Counted from the first letter of the stretch, positions 1 to 13,559 are shown. The stretch is 64,000 nucleotides of DNA from Zancudomyces culisetae HAW-14-8 (GCA_052426225.1 JBNJNM010000021.1:1674001-1738000); one strand, 5' to 3'. Translations and numbers: made by a program. The notes: generated by a model from the letters alone, not told the origin.

Positions 1-233
1 GTCTGCGACAAATCTTGTACATGAATGCGTATAACTTATTATGGTAGCTTTCAGCATATTTACACTCATATTTTACAACACCAATCACAAAAATATTGGT
101 TTGACAACCAGATCTGTACATAGAATAAACGAATATCGATATTTTTGGTTTAATGTCCATCTTTTTCAATAAAGTAGACAGATAAGATGCAGATACGCAA
201 ATGAAACAAGAAAAAGGTCTAAATATATTTATC

Positions 234-1863
234 TCAGTCTAAAACAGCATATTTCTTTAGATGAGATGGAATAGCATCCATCAAATTCTTGCTTTCCAAC
301 CATGACTTGCTAAACAGCCTTGACTGGTATCTGTATGCACCATCACACAAAATCGTAACAACAGTTTTTCCAGGTCCAAGAATCTTTGCCATCTCATACG
401 CTGCGACGACGTTGAGTGCTGTTGACGCACCAAAATAAAGCCCATCCTCATCAAGTAATCTGTATAGCTATTTTTAATTTTTTATGCACATTTGAGAGAT
501 TTTTTTTCAATCTTTTATCAATATATACACTAAAGGGTTTTTACAGCAGTATATGAAATTTATTGTTTCTATTTCAGTTCAATCTTACAGTCTTTATCGT
601 ATCTTGGTCGGGAATCAACAACGAATCGTCAATCAGGCCGATATCGGGCTTCAAATTCTCGGTAATTCTTCCTTGCCCAATTCCTTCGGTTATCGAAGAT
701 CCAGCTCTTTCTGAAAGCTTTCCACCACTTTTTATATAGCTGTATATAACACTTCCTGGTGGGTCAGCTACAAAACACTTTACTCCAGGAACATTTTCCT
801 TCAAATACCTGGTTACTCCTGCAAAAGTTCCACCTGTGCCTGTAGAACATGTAAAGCCATCGATCTTACCACCCGTCTGATCTACAATCTCCGGGCCCGT
901 TGTTAGTATGTGTGCTTGCCTGTTAGCTGTATTGTCAAACTGATTAGTCCAAATGGCTCCCTCAGTAGCTTCTGCGTATCTTTTTGCCTGGTGATTGTAG
1001 TTATCCGGGTGTTCATATGCCACTGCTGGTACTGGTCGTACATCAGCACCTATTTATTTATTTTTACAATTGTTTAGGAATTATGGGTGTGTGTCCAAGA
1101 TAGGCGAGGCGAGAGGAGTTGTGTTAAAGGGATTCATAAAAAATGGCGGAATATTGCCTAATTGGTAATATTTCGAGACAACCCTTCGCCTTTCCTTCTC
1201 TTCTGATATACTTTCTTTTACTAGAGATAGCAAGGCTGGGCTTATACTTACCCAACATCTTCAAAAGATTTATTTTTTCAGCACTCTGGGTGTTTGGCAT
1301 GTAAATAACACATTTGTACCCCCTATCACGGCAGACATGAGCCAATCCGATTCCAGTATTTCCAGCAGTTCCTTCAACAACTGTACCACCAGGCTTCAAC
1401 AGTCCCTTATCTTCTGCGTCTTTAACGACATAAAGAGCTGCTCTGTCCTTTACTGATCCACCTGGATTCATAAACTCAGCCTTTCCCAGTATGTTGCATC
1501 CTGTTTCTTTGCTTAGAGACTTAATTTTTATCTAGTATTGGATTTTTGACATATATTTTACTTGGACTTCGTATATTTATTACACAGAGATACCTTTGTA
1601 GCAATATAATTTAAACAATATTACAAAACAAAAAAACAAGGAGAAACAGTAATATGAAATGTGACATACTAATGGTGTGTTCCCAACTGCTCCTGCAAAC
1701 CCATTCACAATCTATACACAGTGTTTATATTTTATTGGTTTCTAGTGTCTTTTTAGAAAACCATTTCATAAGAATAAGACTCAATTCCATTATAGCTTAC
1801 TTTCATTTGCTGCGTAGCTGTAGTAGAAAGAAATCTACTAAAGCTTTGTTTGGTAAAAGACAT
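234..1863 (-). CDS. Cysteine synthase (O-acetylserine sulfhydrylase, PLP-dependent), 5 exons, probable mitochondrial presequence
   Basis: Manual splice: complement(join(234..467,589..1049,1252..1531,1670..1711,1801..1863)), all GT-AG. Motifs [19 protein letters not shown] (PLP lysine), [17 protein letters not shown]; N-terminus [14 protein letters not shown] resembles a presequence. Confidence 0.92.
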
Positions 1864-3127
1864 TTTTTCCGATTTGACGCCTGTTAAATCCTCACCTTTT
1901 CCTGTTCTTGTATAAATAAGGTTGTGTGAATTGTGGAATTGTTGAGAGGGGTTTTGATTGAAATATACCACTTTTACTCCTTCTCAAATGGTTCATACAA
2001 AGTGTTGGCCGGCTGGTTGCCTGTGCATTTATTTCCAACCAAAATTTTCTTACTAATCAAACCAATTCAGCACCGATATGCCCACCTGAAAACAGAAATC
2101 CACAAAACGTGATTTTATTATTACTATCATTATTTTTTTTAATTTTTTTTTACAAGAATTTAAATTTTTATACCCAATAAATGCGACAGTTGATATTCAC
2201 CATCTTTGCATAATATTGCCTATTATTACCGAATTTTCTTTAATTATCTAGATAAGAAAACGCAAAAGCTAGTCGCCTTCATTGCATTGAAAGAGAAAAA
2301 GTAGAGAAATCAAAAAGGCAAAGGTTTACCAGTACAAAATGGATCCATAATATGTGATATGCTTACCTCTATGTATTAGTAGTGGAAACCTATAACAGTG
2401 AATACTCCAGTCTGCTAATGTGCTTACCGGAGTATCATTCGTACCAGGTCTGGGTTTTTTAACATTTGTAAAGTTGGCCAAAATCGCTAAAATCCAACAA
2501 ACCCCCTATCAGTACCGAGATTCTCCACTATATGTGTATATACATACATATGTGTATATAGAGACATCTTAACAGACTACCCTGATTTTAAGTATATGTC
2601 ACATAGTATTTTTACTTCATTAAACATTGGTCACTGGCGGACGCATTAAAGAAAAAAAACTACTACCAAAAGTGTATTATTCAGCATCACACTCCACATT
2701 TTATTTGTGGCAGTTTGAAATTGGTAGATACGACAGGTTTTTATTGAAAAGCTATCCTTCAAGAACCTGTTCTACCATCATTTTGGTATGATAACTACAT
2801 TGAAAAAATGCGTTTAACTACCACTATAAAGTACACATGCTTGATTTATACATAGTAATACAAGGAGCTAACAACTGACCAAGCAGCTTAGATGTTGAGT
2901 TTGCTAGTTTATAAGATGAATACTGTTTTATGATTCGTTCCTGCCCTAATACTAAAAATTAGATAGCAAGCCAGCACATCAATCAAAATCAGCTTGGTGT
3001 TTTTTTTTTTTAGCAAAATTCAACTGCACTTCAAAAATTGAGTGCGATTGTTGTCATAAACCTTGATTAAAATTTTTTTCAAATTGTTATAACACAAACA
3101 AATTACAAACACGATCGATACACAACG

Positions 3128-3370
3128 ATGGATGGACAAATGGACCCTAAAATGGAGAAGGAATTGCAGTCCTTTGTAGAGGCCGAACAGGCAAAGGCTC
3201 AAATGCAATCGACAATCCACGAATTTACAGTCCGATGCTGGGAAAAATGCATTACAAATGTAAAATCTAGCGCTCTTGACAATACCGAAGCCGCTTGTGT
3301 AGAAAACTGCGTCAACAGATTTATCGATTCCAGTGTGCACATACTAAAAAAATTGCAGACCCGCAGATGA
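3128..3370 (+). CDS. TIM8: Mitochondrial intermembrane-space small Tim chaperone Tim8
   Basis: 80 aa, twin CX3C motifs (CWEKC...CVENCVNRFID) and ELQSFVEAEQAKAQ N-terminus typical of Tim8. Confidence 0.9.
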   Translation: MDGQMDPKMEKELQSFVEAEQAKAQMQSTIHEFTVRCWEKCITNVKSSALDNTEAACVENCVNRFIDSSVHILKKLQTRR

Positions 3371-4267
3371 TTACCATCCAGTAGTAGTACCAGGGGTCTT
3401 TGTTGTTTGTTATTTTCCATTTTGCTTCAAGGAATATGAACGGAGAATTATTATACTTTCTCAGTACCTTTGTACTCAGGTATATTTATAATATAAGTAT
3501 TTTAAATGGTAATTTGTCTTTTTCAGGTAGCGTAGAATGTAAAATTTGCCGAATTGAATTAGTTTTTTTCATAGCTGCGACCATAAATAGATGCTTGATA
3601 TTATTTTATTTATGCACCACGCCGTATGAACTGTCTATTCTAAGTATCAGTATGGAAATGACCTGTTAGATTTGTACGCTACCATCCTAGTATTCGGATA
3701 CGTGCATGATATTCCACGGTATGCTTTGTGCATCGCAACTCTCAGAAAATACTTAAAAAAACAACAGTATAGAGATGAGGTGAAAAACTCGTGGATCATT
3801 TCGCATGACTTCGAGTTGAATATGCAATCATAGTATGTATATATATGACCTTCCTTGCCTCCTCCCTCCTTTTCGGACACAACGCAATGGTGAACTCGAG
3901 TCTTGACTTTGTCTTTTTTTATTATAAATATACACTCATTTTCAAGTGCACAAAAAAATTGTAAAGAATCAATGGAAAGAGGGCATTGGAATGATTGTGT
4001 TTAATTCACAAATAGTCGCAGATACCAAATACATAGTGGAATCTTTTTTCACCTGTTGTTTAATCACAAAGTCCCGCCCAAAAAATAACAAAAAACGCAA
4101 AAGCGGTGAAAAATTGAGATTTTGAAGTAAAATAGTATAGTATACTTTCCAAGGCAACTTTTCCTTATCCCTCCAGTTATTTTTTTATACCAAGGAAGCC
4201 TTCAATTTTTATAAGGTCAAGCAGCCTGTACCACATACTACACAAATTTGAGCAATACGAGAGGAAA

Positions 4268-4830
4268 ATGAAAGGAAATCAAATTCTAAAAGCAGCAAAA
4301 TATACTTGGCATAGACACGTTCCACTTATTAAATTTGTTGGACCAAGAAAGGCAGTTCAAGAAAGTAAAGATATATACTAACCATGTTATTAAAATGATA
4401 ATTAATCATAAACTGTATTTGCTGGAGCAAGCTTTGCAGTATACTTGTATGAGATGATTTGCTTTCACGCTTTGATTGTTTGGGCATAAATAAGAATAGC
4501 AGTGTTGTATATAAGGCCATTTAACCTGTATTATCTATACCAATGAAATAGAAAAATCGAGCTCGACAAAAGCTTCCAGTTCTTTGGAAAACACAACTGT
4601 TCAAAAGACACTGAATCCTACTGTACAAGCAAGATTGCAAAGTTTCCCCGCCTACAAATATCCTGGTTTGTCGAAACGCGAAATGGATGCCATCGAGGTA
4701 AAAATCAATCTTCCAATTTTCTATATATTTCACAAATTCAATACTGTATCTACAGTTAAATTTATGGCACTAATTTAAAATACACAACAACTATTTTTTG
4801 TAGAGCGGCGGTGCTACACTTTTAGACTAG
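4268..4830 (+). CDS. KGD4: 2-oxoglutarate dehydrogenase adaptor Kgd4 / MRPS36 (Ymr31) family, 3 exons
   Basis: join(4268..4364,4552..4697,4804..4830), GT-AG introns, in frame. Gives ...HVPLIKFVGPR...LSKREMDAIESGGATLLD*, matching the PLIKF and EI/MxAIESGGA signatures of the family. Only partly in the ORF track. Confidence 0.82.
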
Positions 4831-6114
4831 AAAATTTTCGGAATTATGAGGTGTGGTTTAATAAATACAACTAACAGATTGCGCCTCAAGCCAATTGATA
4901 AAGATTCCATTCCTTGCTTTTGTTTCATGAATCTACAGTTTTCCGCATAATCATACTTTTTACAATAGTCAAAGGAAACAAATAAACTGCTTTTCATACT
5001 CAAAAAACAAAACATTCGAGTCTTGTTAACATTTATTAACAGCGTCTCCTTTTGATGGCTTTATATTTAATGGCTTTGTTCTAGAAAGCGTCACCCGAGT
5101 ACAGAGGCGTAAAACTTGGCCAGACGGTACTATTAATGCTGCATTATGCTGTAGGTTTTTGGTTTCGTGTTTTGAGCCTCACACCACTTCTTTTTGTCTC
5201 TTCTTTAAAATATTGCGGAAAATCTGAAGATAAAAACAAACACGATGATTTAATCAGGTTGCAGGAAATATTTCTTTGGGTCTGACAACCTGTCAGTATA
5301 AAAATGCTGTGGTAAAAAGAATAATAACCTAGCCAGGCCGCTCACAACACCAACCATCCAGTTATTATATTATGCTTTCTTTGAGTAGTATCATGACCAG
5401 AATTCAATAGATGCTTTAGCCATGTGGTCTGTGAAACTGAATGATTTTATTTTTGTATTATCAGCGTTAAATTATTGGCGAATCTGGAATTTATTTTGAG
5501 GACTGTGGCTGATTAGAATCAAAATATGCATTCAGAGTAAACACGCAGGCTTGTACAAAATATAAGTGTTGAATTGATGATAGTAAACAGTTTTTACGGT
5601 CTCCATTAAGGGTTATGGTTTTATCCTAGCAACGCACTTAACTTTGTTAGGCAATGGTAAAGAAAAAGTTCATGTGTATGATTTTTTGTACTAAGCCCAA
5701 CTATGACTTTACCATCCAGTATCTTTATCGACTTGTGTTGGTATTTGTTTGTTGAAATATACACAAAATATTTACAAAATTTACAATGCATACAGCCACA
5801 AAACCAAAATAACTGTACTTGCTGAGAGTTTTATAGTATCAGCATAGTCCAAATAAGTACTTTATTAGCATCTTCAACATAAAGCTTATACATAGTTCTT
5901 TCATCAGCTTGCATATCGCTTAATGTTTGGAAAGGTTACACGTTTAATATTTAAGAAAAAGTATAAATAAGTGGCCTTTTTCTCTTCTGACATTCAAATC
6001 TACACAGAATAACAACCAGTGTATACTCTGAACTTGAATTAAAACTAGCAAATAAAACCGGTAGTGGTATTAGATTTATAAATAACCTTCCTAGACAACT
6101 TAAGTATATAAAAA

Positions 6115-6444
6115 ATGAGAGTTATGAACGTAATTTCAATGTTGGTCCTTTCCAGCTACGCTGTACTTAGTGCACCTGCTCAGAATCAAGTAGGACAGAC
6201 CACGAGTAACCAGGCTTCAAGTAACCAGGTTAGCGGCGGTGATATCCCCGCTGTAACTGAAAACGACGTCAAGGATTGGGATAAATACGCGGCTTTTCGT
6301 GAGTGTATTCAGAAAGCCAACCTAACAGATACTGCAACTGAAAAGAAGCCCGAGGCCAACGCTGAGAACAAGGATAAGGATAAAAATAATGTTCAAAATG
6401 TGGAAGAAATAACTTCTGAGGCCAAACCCGAGAAACAAGAGTAA
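6115..6444 (+). CDS. Small secreted protein of unknown function (109 aa)
   Basis: Hydrophobic signal peptide MRVMNVISMLVLSSYAVLSA-P, AAAAATG start context, TATAAATA at 5962-5969. Confidence 0.7.
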   Translation: MRVMNVISMLVLSSYAVLSAPAQNQVGQTTSNQASSNQVSGGDIPAVTENDVKDWDKYAAFRECIQKANLTDTATEKKPEANAENKDKDKNNVQNVEEITSEAKPEKQE

Positions 6445-6907
6445 ACTCTGTATCCTTTAGGTGTAAAAGCCGAGAAAAAAATCGTTTTTTACTCTCCAGG
6501 CGTTCATATACTTGAATGCCATATATTTTATTTCATATCTTCCTGATGTGCCACTAGAAGTCCCCTAAAATATTTTTAGAGTAAATAACGCGTGTTGATA
6601 TTCTTAATAAACAGATATTTATATATTAGACATAACTAATGTGTTTCACATGTCGAAATATATCAAGAAATGAACTTGATCGCCTACTCAAGTTGTGGTG
6701 TTTACTGAGTGTATTGTTTGAAAATTGAAACAATAATTTTGCTGTTCAATGGCAACTTGAGAAACTCGATCAAATTTAATTTGGTGAGACTTTCCAAATT
6801 GAATTTTTTAGAAAAAAAATTTTTTATGAAAAAAAAATTATATATCGATCCTTAAATAAGTGTTTCTAAGAGAAAAAAATACACGAACATAAACGTAGAA
6901 AATAAGA

Positions 6908-8403
6908 ATGGTGAAAAAAAGAGTAAGTAAACAGAGTTAGTACATTTACGCCTATTCGTACTTATATTAGGAAGATAATTTATGTTCAGAGTTTTACTTG
7001 ATTCTAATTTATAGAAAGGAAAGAAATCCAAGCACAATAATAAGGCCGAATCGGCTGAAAAGGTGCCAAAATCATTTGTCGTGGCATTTGGCAAAGTGGG
7101 AACAGCAGTGTCTCAATTGGTGCGTGATGTCAGACTTGTAATGGAGCCAAATACTGCCTCAAGGTTGAAAGAAAGAAAAACAAATAAACTTCGAGACTAT
7201 TTGGCAGTGGCGGGTCCATTAGGGGTATCGCACATGATGATGTTTACACAAACAAAGGCAGGAACAAACCTGAGAGTAGGATGTTTTCCGCGTGGACCAA
7301 CCTTAACATTCAAGGTTTCAGAGTATTCGTTGAGTAAGGATGTAAAAGCTATTCAAAAAAATCCCAGATCAATAGGTTCAGAATTTAAAACAGCACCAAT
7401 TGTAAGTAGAACAAGTCAATCTCTTTATCCTGTATAATGTGTTTTTTTTTGAGGAAAGTATTTGGCAGACACGAAATGATTCTGACTTTTGATTTTCACT
7501 TGTACTGAAAATTAGCTCATCTTAAATTCGTTCGGCAGTGGAGAGGGAAAAGGGAAACAGTTTCAATTAATGTCGACGGTATTCCAGAATATGTTTCCAA
7601 CAATCGATCCAACGTCGGTTAGGCTAGCTGATATGAGAAGAGTAGTGCTTTTAAGTTATAATGACGAGAAGAACAAATTGGAATTTCGACATTACCTAAT
7701 AACAGTAAAAGCAGTGGGTGTTAGCAAGGGACTCAAACGACTTATTGATGATGAAACCATTACTTCAGATGCGAAATTCAGAGAAAGCATCGAAAAACTC
7801 AAATCGTTAGATGATATCGGCGAATTTGTACTACAGGATGGATCATACTCTGATTCTGAGGTTGAGGATATGGGTGGTGGTGGTTTTGACAGCAAGGTAA
7901 CACTGGCGCAGGATTACGTAGGTAAAAGAAACAGAAAATCAGAGCAAAGATCCGTAAAACTTATTGAAATCGGTCCAAGAATGGAGCTTGATTTAACAAA
8001 GGTTGAGAGTGGTCTTTGTGAAGGTGACATCCTGTATCATAGATACATCCACAAAACTCCTGAAGAAGTTAAAGAAATAATGGACAACCGCGAAAAACGG
8101 CTTACTGAAAAGGCTCGCAGAAAGCAGGAACAGGAGGCAAACGTAGAGCGCAAAAAGGCGCTGAAGGATGCAAAAAAGAAAAAAACTGACACCAGTAATA
8201 CCACTGCCACTAAAAGTCAAGAAAACAACGGTGATGAGAGCGGATCTGATGATAACGATGGTGAGTACGATGACGACAATAGCCATGCTTTGGAAACCCT
8301 CTCCAACCAACAACTTCTTGCCAAATTGGATGAGTCGGATTCTGGAAACGAAAGCTATGACGAGGAGCCATCCAAACGTCCCAAAAAGAAATCAAGGAAC
8401 TGA
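6908..8403 (+). CDS. SSF1: Ribosome biogenesis Brix-domain protein Ssf1/Peter Pan, 3 exons
   Basis: join(6908..6922,7015..7401,7516..8403). Motifs VPKSFV, LVRDVRLVMEPNTASRLKER, PRGPTLTF, EFRHY, LIEIGPRM; acidic/basic tail. Confidence 0.92.
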
Positions 8404-8849
8404 CCATATTTCTAGGTTTATATACCTTTTTTAAAATAACAAATTTCGTTAGTTTTGTGCTGAGCCTTTCCAATTGATTTTCTTTTATGACTTTTAATTT
8501 CTTTTTAGAAAAACAACAATTGATAAACGAGATGTATATATAAAAATATGGGGGGGAGGGGGGGTGAATTAATACATAATATTTATTGTCACTACAAAAT
8601 TGATTTGAAAAACAAAAGAGTATGCTAGGAATTGACCAGAATAAGGGTTGGTTTGGTAACCTCAAGTAGCCAATTTATAAATTGCAGACATTATATTATT
8701 TTTCTTCAGAAAGATCTTATCAGCATTAGATTGCAGCTTTCGAAAATATTGGGGTCTACAATAGTCCTAAAAAAACAATAAAATTCGAATACATGAAACA
8801 AAAACCAAGGGGTCAAGAAAAGAGTAAAAAAAAATCAAGTATCTGACGG

Positions 8850-10058
8850 CTAACAGTTGGCTAGCTCTATGATCAAATCAGAGTAAAAGCCAATTGATCT
8901 CAAGTATTCCGACTCTGTGACGTACTCGTTGTGAGCATGAATCAGCATGGGATGGTTTATCCCTGGGTGTAATCCGACAGCAGGGATTCCCTTACGTCTA
9001 ACATATCTAGCATCAGTGAAGCCAGGTACAATACATTCGAAGTATTTTTGGTCGTGTTTCTTGAATGTTCTGTCTATGGATGCAAAGAATGGACTTTCAT
9101 TATCCCACTTAGTAACTGGATTGATAGTATCGGTAGAAAGAAACTGATGCTCAACGCCGTATTTTTCAGCAATGTTGGAGATCATTTTTCTGAACTCTAC
9201 TATATCGCGATTAGGCGCTACTCTGATGTCAAAGGTGGCAGAATAGGTGGCTGGAACTACATTCTGTTGTTTTCCTCCTTCCAGCATTGTCAGGTTTAGC
9301 GCAGTAACCTCACCCTGTCTACCCATTTTGGCAGCACCCATCTCGCTATACTTTTTGTATTCTATGTCTCGAAGAGCCACCACTTCGTTTATAACTGGTA
9401 GAAGCTTTTCAATGGCGGTTCCTTCAATAAACTGACTTCCGTGTCCCGTGTTTCCATGTGCAGTGAATTTAACGGCACTTCCAAGGCGCTCAGATGTTAA
9501 TACAGGTGTGATATCACCCATCACAATACCGCCTTCATCTATGTCAAACCCTGCATTCAGAGCTTCAAATTCTTTTGTTTCGATAAACGCACCCATACCA
9601 TCAGCTCCGCCTATCTCTTCATCTGGCGCATATATCGCAAATACATTTCTGGTCAGCTTTTGGCCTGAATTCTTTATTGCTCTCAGTGCTTCCATGTACG
9701 AGAACCCTTGTGCCTTCATGTCTTGTGATCCACGTGCGTATATTCTGTATTCACCATCTTCAAATGCCCTTTCTGCAGCAAATGGAGGATATTTCCATTG
9801 ATCTTCAAAGACTGGTACCACATCGGTATGTGAGCTCAATAGTATAGATTTTTGAGTAGGGTCTGAGCCAGCAAGCTTAATGATAATTACTGGTTTGCCC
9901 TCAACACACTCAACAACTTGGTGCTCCAAACCAATTTCATCTGCCTGCTCAATCAAATAGTTTTTGATTGATTCATAGTCAGGCTTTGGGTGTACACTCT
10001 TGATTTGGAGGTACTTTCTGAATCTGGATACTGAAGCTGGCTCTTGGTCTACAGTCAT
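8850..10058 (-). CDS. ACY1: Aminoacylase-1 (M20A metallopeptidase), copy 1
   Basis: 402 aa, intronless; SHTDVVP, ARGSQDMK, DEEIGG, DEG, GHGS, HAHNEY motifs. Confidence 0.93.
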   Translation of the reverse strand: MTVDQEPASVSRFRKYLQIKSVHPKPDYESIKNYLIEQADEIGLEHQVVECVEGKPVIIIKLAGSDPTQKSILLSSHTDVVPVFEDQWKYPPFAAERAFEDGEYRIYARGSQDMKAQGFSYMEALRAIKNSGQKLTRNVFAIYAPDEEIGGADGMGAFIETKEFEALNAGFDIDEGGIVMGDITPVLTSERLGSAVKFTAHGNTGHGSQFIEGTAIEKLLPVINEVVALRDIEYKKYSEMGAAKMGRQGEVTALNLTMLEGGKQQNVVPATYSATFDIRVAPNRDIVEFRKMISNIAEKYGVEHQFLSTDTINPVTKWDNESPFFASIDRTFKKHDQKYFECIVPGFTDARYVRRKGIPAVGLHPGINHPMLIHAHNEYVTESEYLRSIGFYSDLIIELANC

Positions 10059-10067
10059 TTTCTTTGA
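9610..10067. repeat. 458-bp tract identical to 12626..13083 (5' parts of the two ACY1 genes)
   Basis: No mismatch found by eye between 9610..10067 and 12626..13083; sequences differ at 9609/12625 and 10068/13084. Confidence 0.85.
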
Positions 10068-11865
10068 TGTTTTTGTGATTTAAAAGCTTTTGCGTTGAGA
10101 AATATTTTTTTTTACAAGGTGTAGATAAGGGCAAATGTGCTTATATATACGTCGAATAGAGAGCATAGCTAGACAGATTACAGATAAACGAAATTGGTTG
10201 TGTAAAGATGAGTCAACCAGTCAGCATGATAATCAACCTTAGTTGCTCATCAGCACTTTACCTCGTTTATTTTCTCTATTCGCCTAAACAACATACAATG
10301 TTTCAAAATTTGACGATAATTTTGTAATATCTAAAAAAAATTTTTACGGTTTTGAGTATGCATTTTTCCGTAGAACGTGATTTATAATTTACAGAAAAAT
10401 CTATACAAATTTATGAACTTTTGGTTTATCCATAATTCTGGACTTGTAAAGTTGGTCAAAGGTGTCCAATTTTCATGTTGATGTGAAATCGATACAAATA
10501 TACTTTTGAAACAAAAAAATTAGGGAGTGAAATGTTTGAAAATACCCGTGGTGATATAATTCTCAAAAAGTTATGTATTAGAATCAATATACGTATCGAT
10601 TTGTAATGCTAAGATGCAGCTTTTCAAAATCAAAACTCTCCAGATGGCGCATGACTAACACAGTTTTTATGTCACCACGGGTTTATTAAGTGAGTATCAC
10701 GTAAAGCTAAAAAAAATTCTAACATCCGGCTAGTCATATTTTCGTTCATTTATGGGTTCTTTACTTATCGGGCATTAATTCAATAAGTTTGGTTTTGCTC
10801 TATGTCAATTCGAGATAATCATACCGACTCGACAAGCTATATCCAAGGGAAGTTTACTGTGCTACAGTTCAGTCAGAAACATCATGTCGGCCCTTCTCAC
10901 TTGCAGGTAGAGAAACGGCTTCTATGACTTTCTTCAAAGATTCAACTTTTCCAATATCAAAACTGATTGTATCAACTTGCATTTTATCGCACCTGATATT
11001 ATATTACTTTTTAAAAATGAATAGGCTCAAAAAAAAAGTTTTTTCGGTTTTTTTCTTGTTATTATTAATAATTTCTGGTGATTCCCATTTATAATAGAAG
11101 ACTAAGCCCAAGTGTGTATATCTCAACAACCAGGATGTTAAATCTAGCATTTTGGATTGTTTTTTTTTTTTGCAGTATTAATTGCATAGCTCCACATTTT
11201 CTAGCATTTACTGACAATTCAAAATTTTCAGCCCAGTTACTAATAGTAATGAAAATATTTCCATATCTTCTGGTGTTTCAGCCAACATAGAAAGCTTTCT
11301 GCAAAAAGTAAACTCAATATTCTGGTTGGTACTAGTTCTACGTTAGATAAACCTGATAATCTTACTCTTTTAGTCATGTCAAATAAGGAGACAGCTAGCA
11401 ACGCCTAACTTCAAAATCTCAAGTTGGTTGACAAATGTTTATTCTTCTAACACACTTTGTTGTTCAGAACATTTTGTATTGATGGTTGAACTTTACCAAA
11501 TGGTTATAAACGAGTGCTACACTGTCAATATATCACATAAAGATAGTTATGATCAAAATAGGTTTACCAAGCGCTATTATCATGTAGCCACCAAAATATT
11601 TGTAACATGGTACAAAACTTAAAATTTGCATTTAGAATATGCTATAGTGTAATGAAAACACACACATTAGATCTGTGAAGATAACTGAGTGAACGACATA
11701 TATGTACCGAATGTAATATAGTAAGACATTTATTAAGAATTTCAGCTTTCGGATTCCGGATTCCAAAATACTTTTTAATACTTACACATTTCATAAGAAA
11801 ACTAAGAGCTATTATAACTGAACCCAAATTAAGAAAATGGATGAGGTATGAGGTATAAAATACAA

Positions 11866-13074
11866 CTAAACATTGGCCAACCCAGTTACAATGTCAATGT
11901 AAAAGTTGATTGCTTTTAAATACTCTGACTCTGTGACGTACTCATTGTGTGCGTGAGCTAGAAGAGGAAGGTTTGCAAGCGGACTCATTCCGATAGCCGG
12001 AATACCCTTGTACCTTACATACCTGGCATCTGTTGCACCGGGACAAATTGCAGGTATAATGGTTTTACCATATTTCTTACACACCGATTCAATTGAGGAA
12101 AAGAAAGGGTTGGTGGAGTCCCATTCAGTAATCGGGTTTCTAGTCTCTTTATAGAGGAATTGGCATTCAACACCATGCTTCTCGGCAAGATCGGAGATCA
12201 TCTTTCTGAACTCTACTATATTTCTTCTTGGAGATACCCGAATATCAAATGTGGCAGAGTAGGTTGCTGGAACCACATTCTGTTGTTTTCCTCCTTCCAG
12301 TATTGTCAGGTTTACTGATGTTACTTCTCCTTGGTTTTCCTTCTTATTGTCCCATGTGGTTTCAAGTCTATTTTTTTCTTCCTCTCTAAGAGCCATCATT
12401 GCATTTATGACTGGTAGAAGCTTTTCAATGGCGGTTCCCTCAATAAATTGACTCCCGTGTCCTGTGTTTCCATGCGCGGTTAATTTGACAGCGCTTACAA
12501 GCCTCTCAGCACCAAGCGCCCATAATATATTTTCATGTGAACCTATTCCCTCATCCAAGTCAAATCCTGCATTCAGAGCTTCAAATTCTTTTGTTTCACT
12601 AAAGACGCCCACACCATCAGCTCCACCTATCTCTTCATCTGGCGCATATATCGCAAATACATTTCTGGTCAGCTTTTGGCCTGAATTCTTTATTGCTCTC
12701 AGTGCTTCCATGTACGAGAACCCTTGTGCCTTCATGTCTTGTGATCCACGTGCGTATATTCTGTATTCACCATCTTCAAATGCCCTTTCTGCAGCAAATG
12801 GAGGATATTTCCATTGATCTTCAAAGACTGGTACCACATCGGTATGTGAGCTCAATAGTATAGATTTTTGAGTAGGGTCTGAGCCAGCAAGCTTAATGAT
12901 AATTACTGGTTTGCCCTCAACACACTCAACAACTTGGTGCTCCAAACCAATTTCATCTGCCTGCTCAATCAAATAGTTTTTGATTGATTCATAGTCAGGC
13001 TTTGGGTGTACACTCTTGATTTGGAGGTACTTTCTGAATCTGGATACTGAAGCTGGCTCTTGGTCTACAGTCAT
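11866..13074 (-). CDS. ACY1: Aminoacylase-1 (M20A metallopeptidase), copy 2 (tandem paralogue)
   Basis: Same motifs and length (402 aa) as copy 1, offset 3016 bp; N-terminal ~150 aa identical, C-terminal part diverged. Confidence 0.93.
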   Translation of the reverse strand: MTVDQEPASVSRFRKYLQIKSVHPKPDYESIKNYLIEQADEIGLEHQVVECVEGKPVIIIKLAGSDPTQKSILLSSHTDVVPVFEDQWKYPPFAAERAFEDGEYRIYARGSQDMKAQGFSYMEALRAIKNSGQKLTRNVFAIYAPDEEIGGADGVGVFSETKEFEALNAGFDLDEGIGSHENILWALGAERLVSAVKLTAHGNTGHGSQFIEGTAIEKLLPVINAMMALREEEKNRLETTWDNKKENQGEVTSVNLTILEGGKQQNVVPATYSATFDIRVSPRRNIVEFRKMISDLAEKHGVECQFLYKETRNPITEWDSTNPFFSSIESVCKKYGKTIIPAICPGATDARYVRYKGIPAIGMSPLANLPLLAHAHNEYVTESEYLKAINFYIDIVTGLANV

Positions 13075-13559
13075 TTTCTTTGAAGCTTTAAACAGTTTTT
13101 TTTTCCTGGTAACAGTCTTTATTTTTTACTTTGTATGTGCTAATGAGCAAAGTAAAGAGAACATATGGTTTTAAGCCTAGATGTCATCGGCTATTTATAT
13201 GGGATTCTAGTTTCTTCATCTACGGTTCACATGGAGCAGAAGCTAGCTGAAACTTTAGAGTTTATGATGAAACACGGTGATTTATTTGATGAGAAATTTG
13301 AACACCAAACGTGATTACTCCCGAATTAAACTTGTAGTCACAACCACTATACAATAATCTTGATGTTTGGTGACCACATACTCCTACATGTATTGAAAAA
13401 AGGCTACTCCCATAATTTTCTCGTATAATTTTCTACACTTTTTAAGATTGTATTGTTTATGCATTACAACATTTACACTAATTAAGTTATAGTGAATTTT
13501 AAATTTGACTAGGTTAGCTTTGTCTCGTCGAATTCAGATATGTAAAAAAAATTTTCGGT

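Noticed and set aside
10869-10982. 37-aa minus-strand ORF MQVDTISFDIGKVESLKKVIEAV..., vaguely like a short-chain dehydrogenase segment
   Set aside because: Too short, no cofactor or catalytic motif, no supporting exons.
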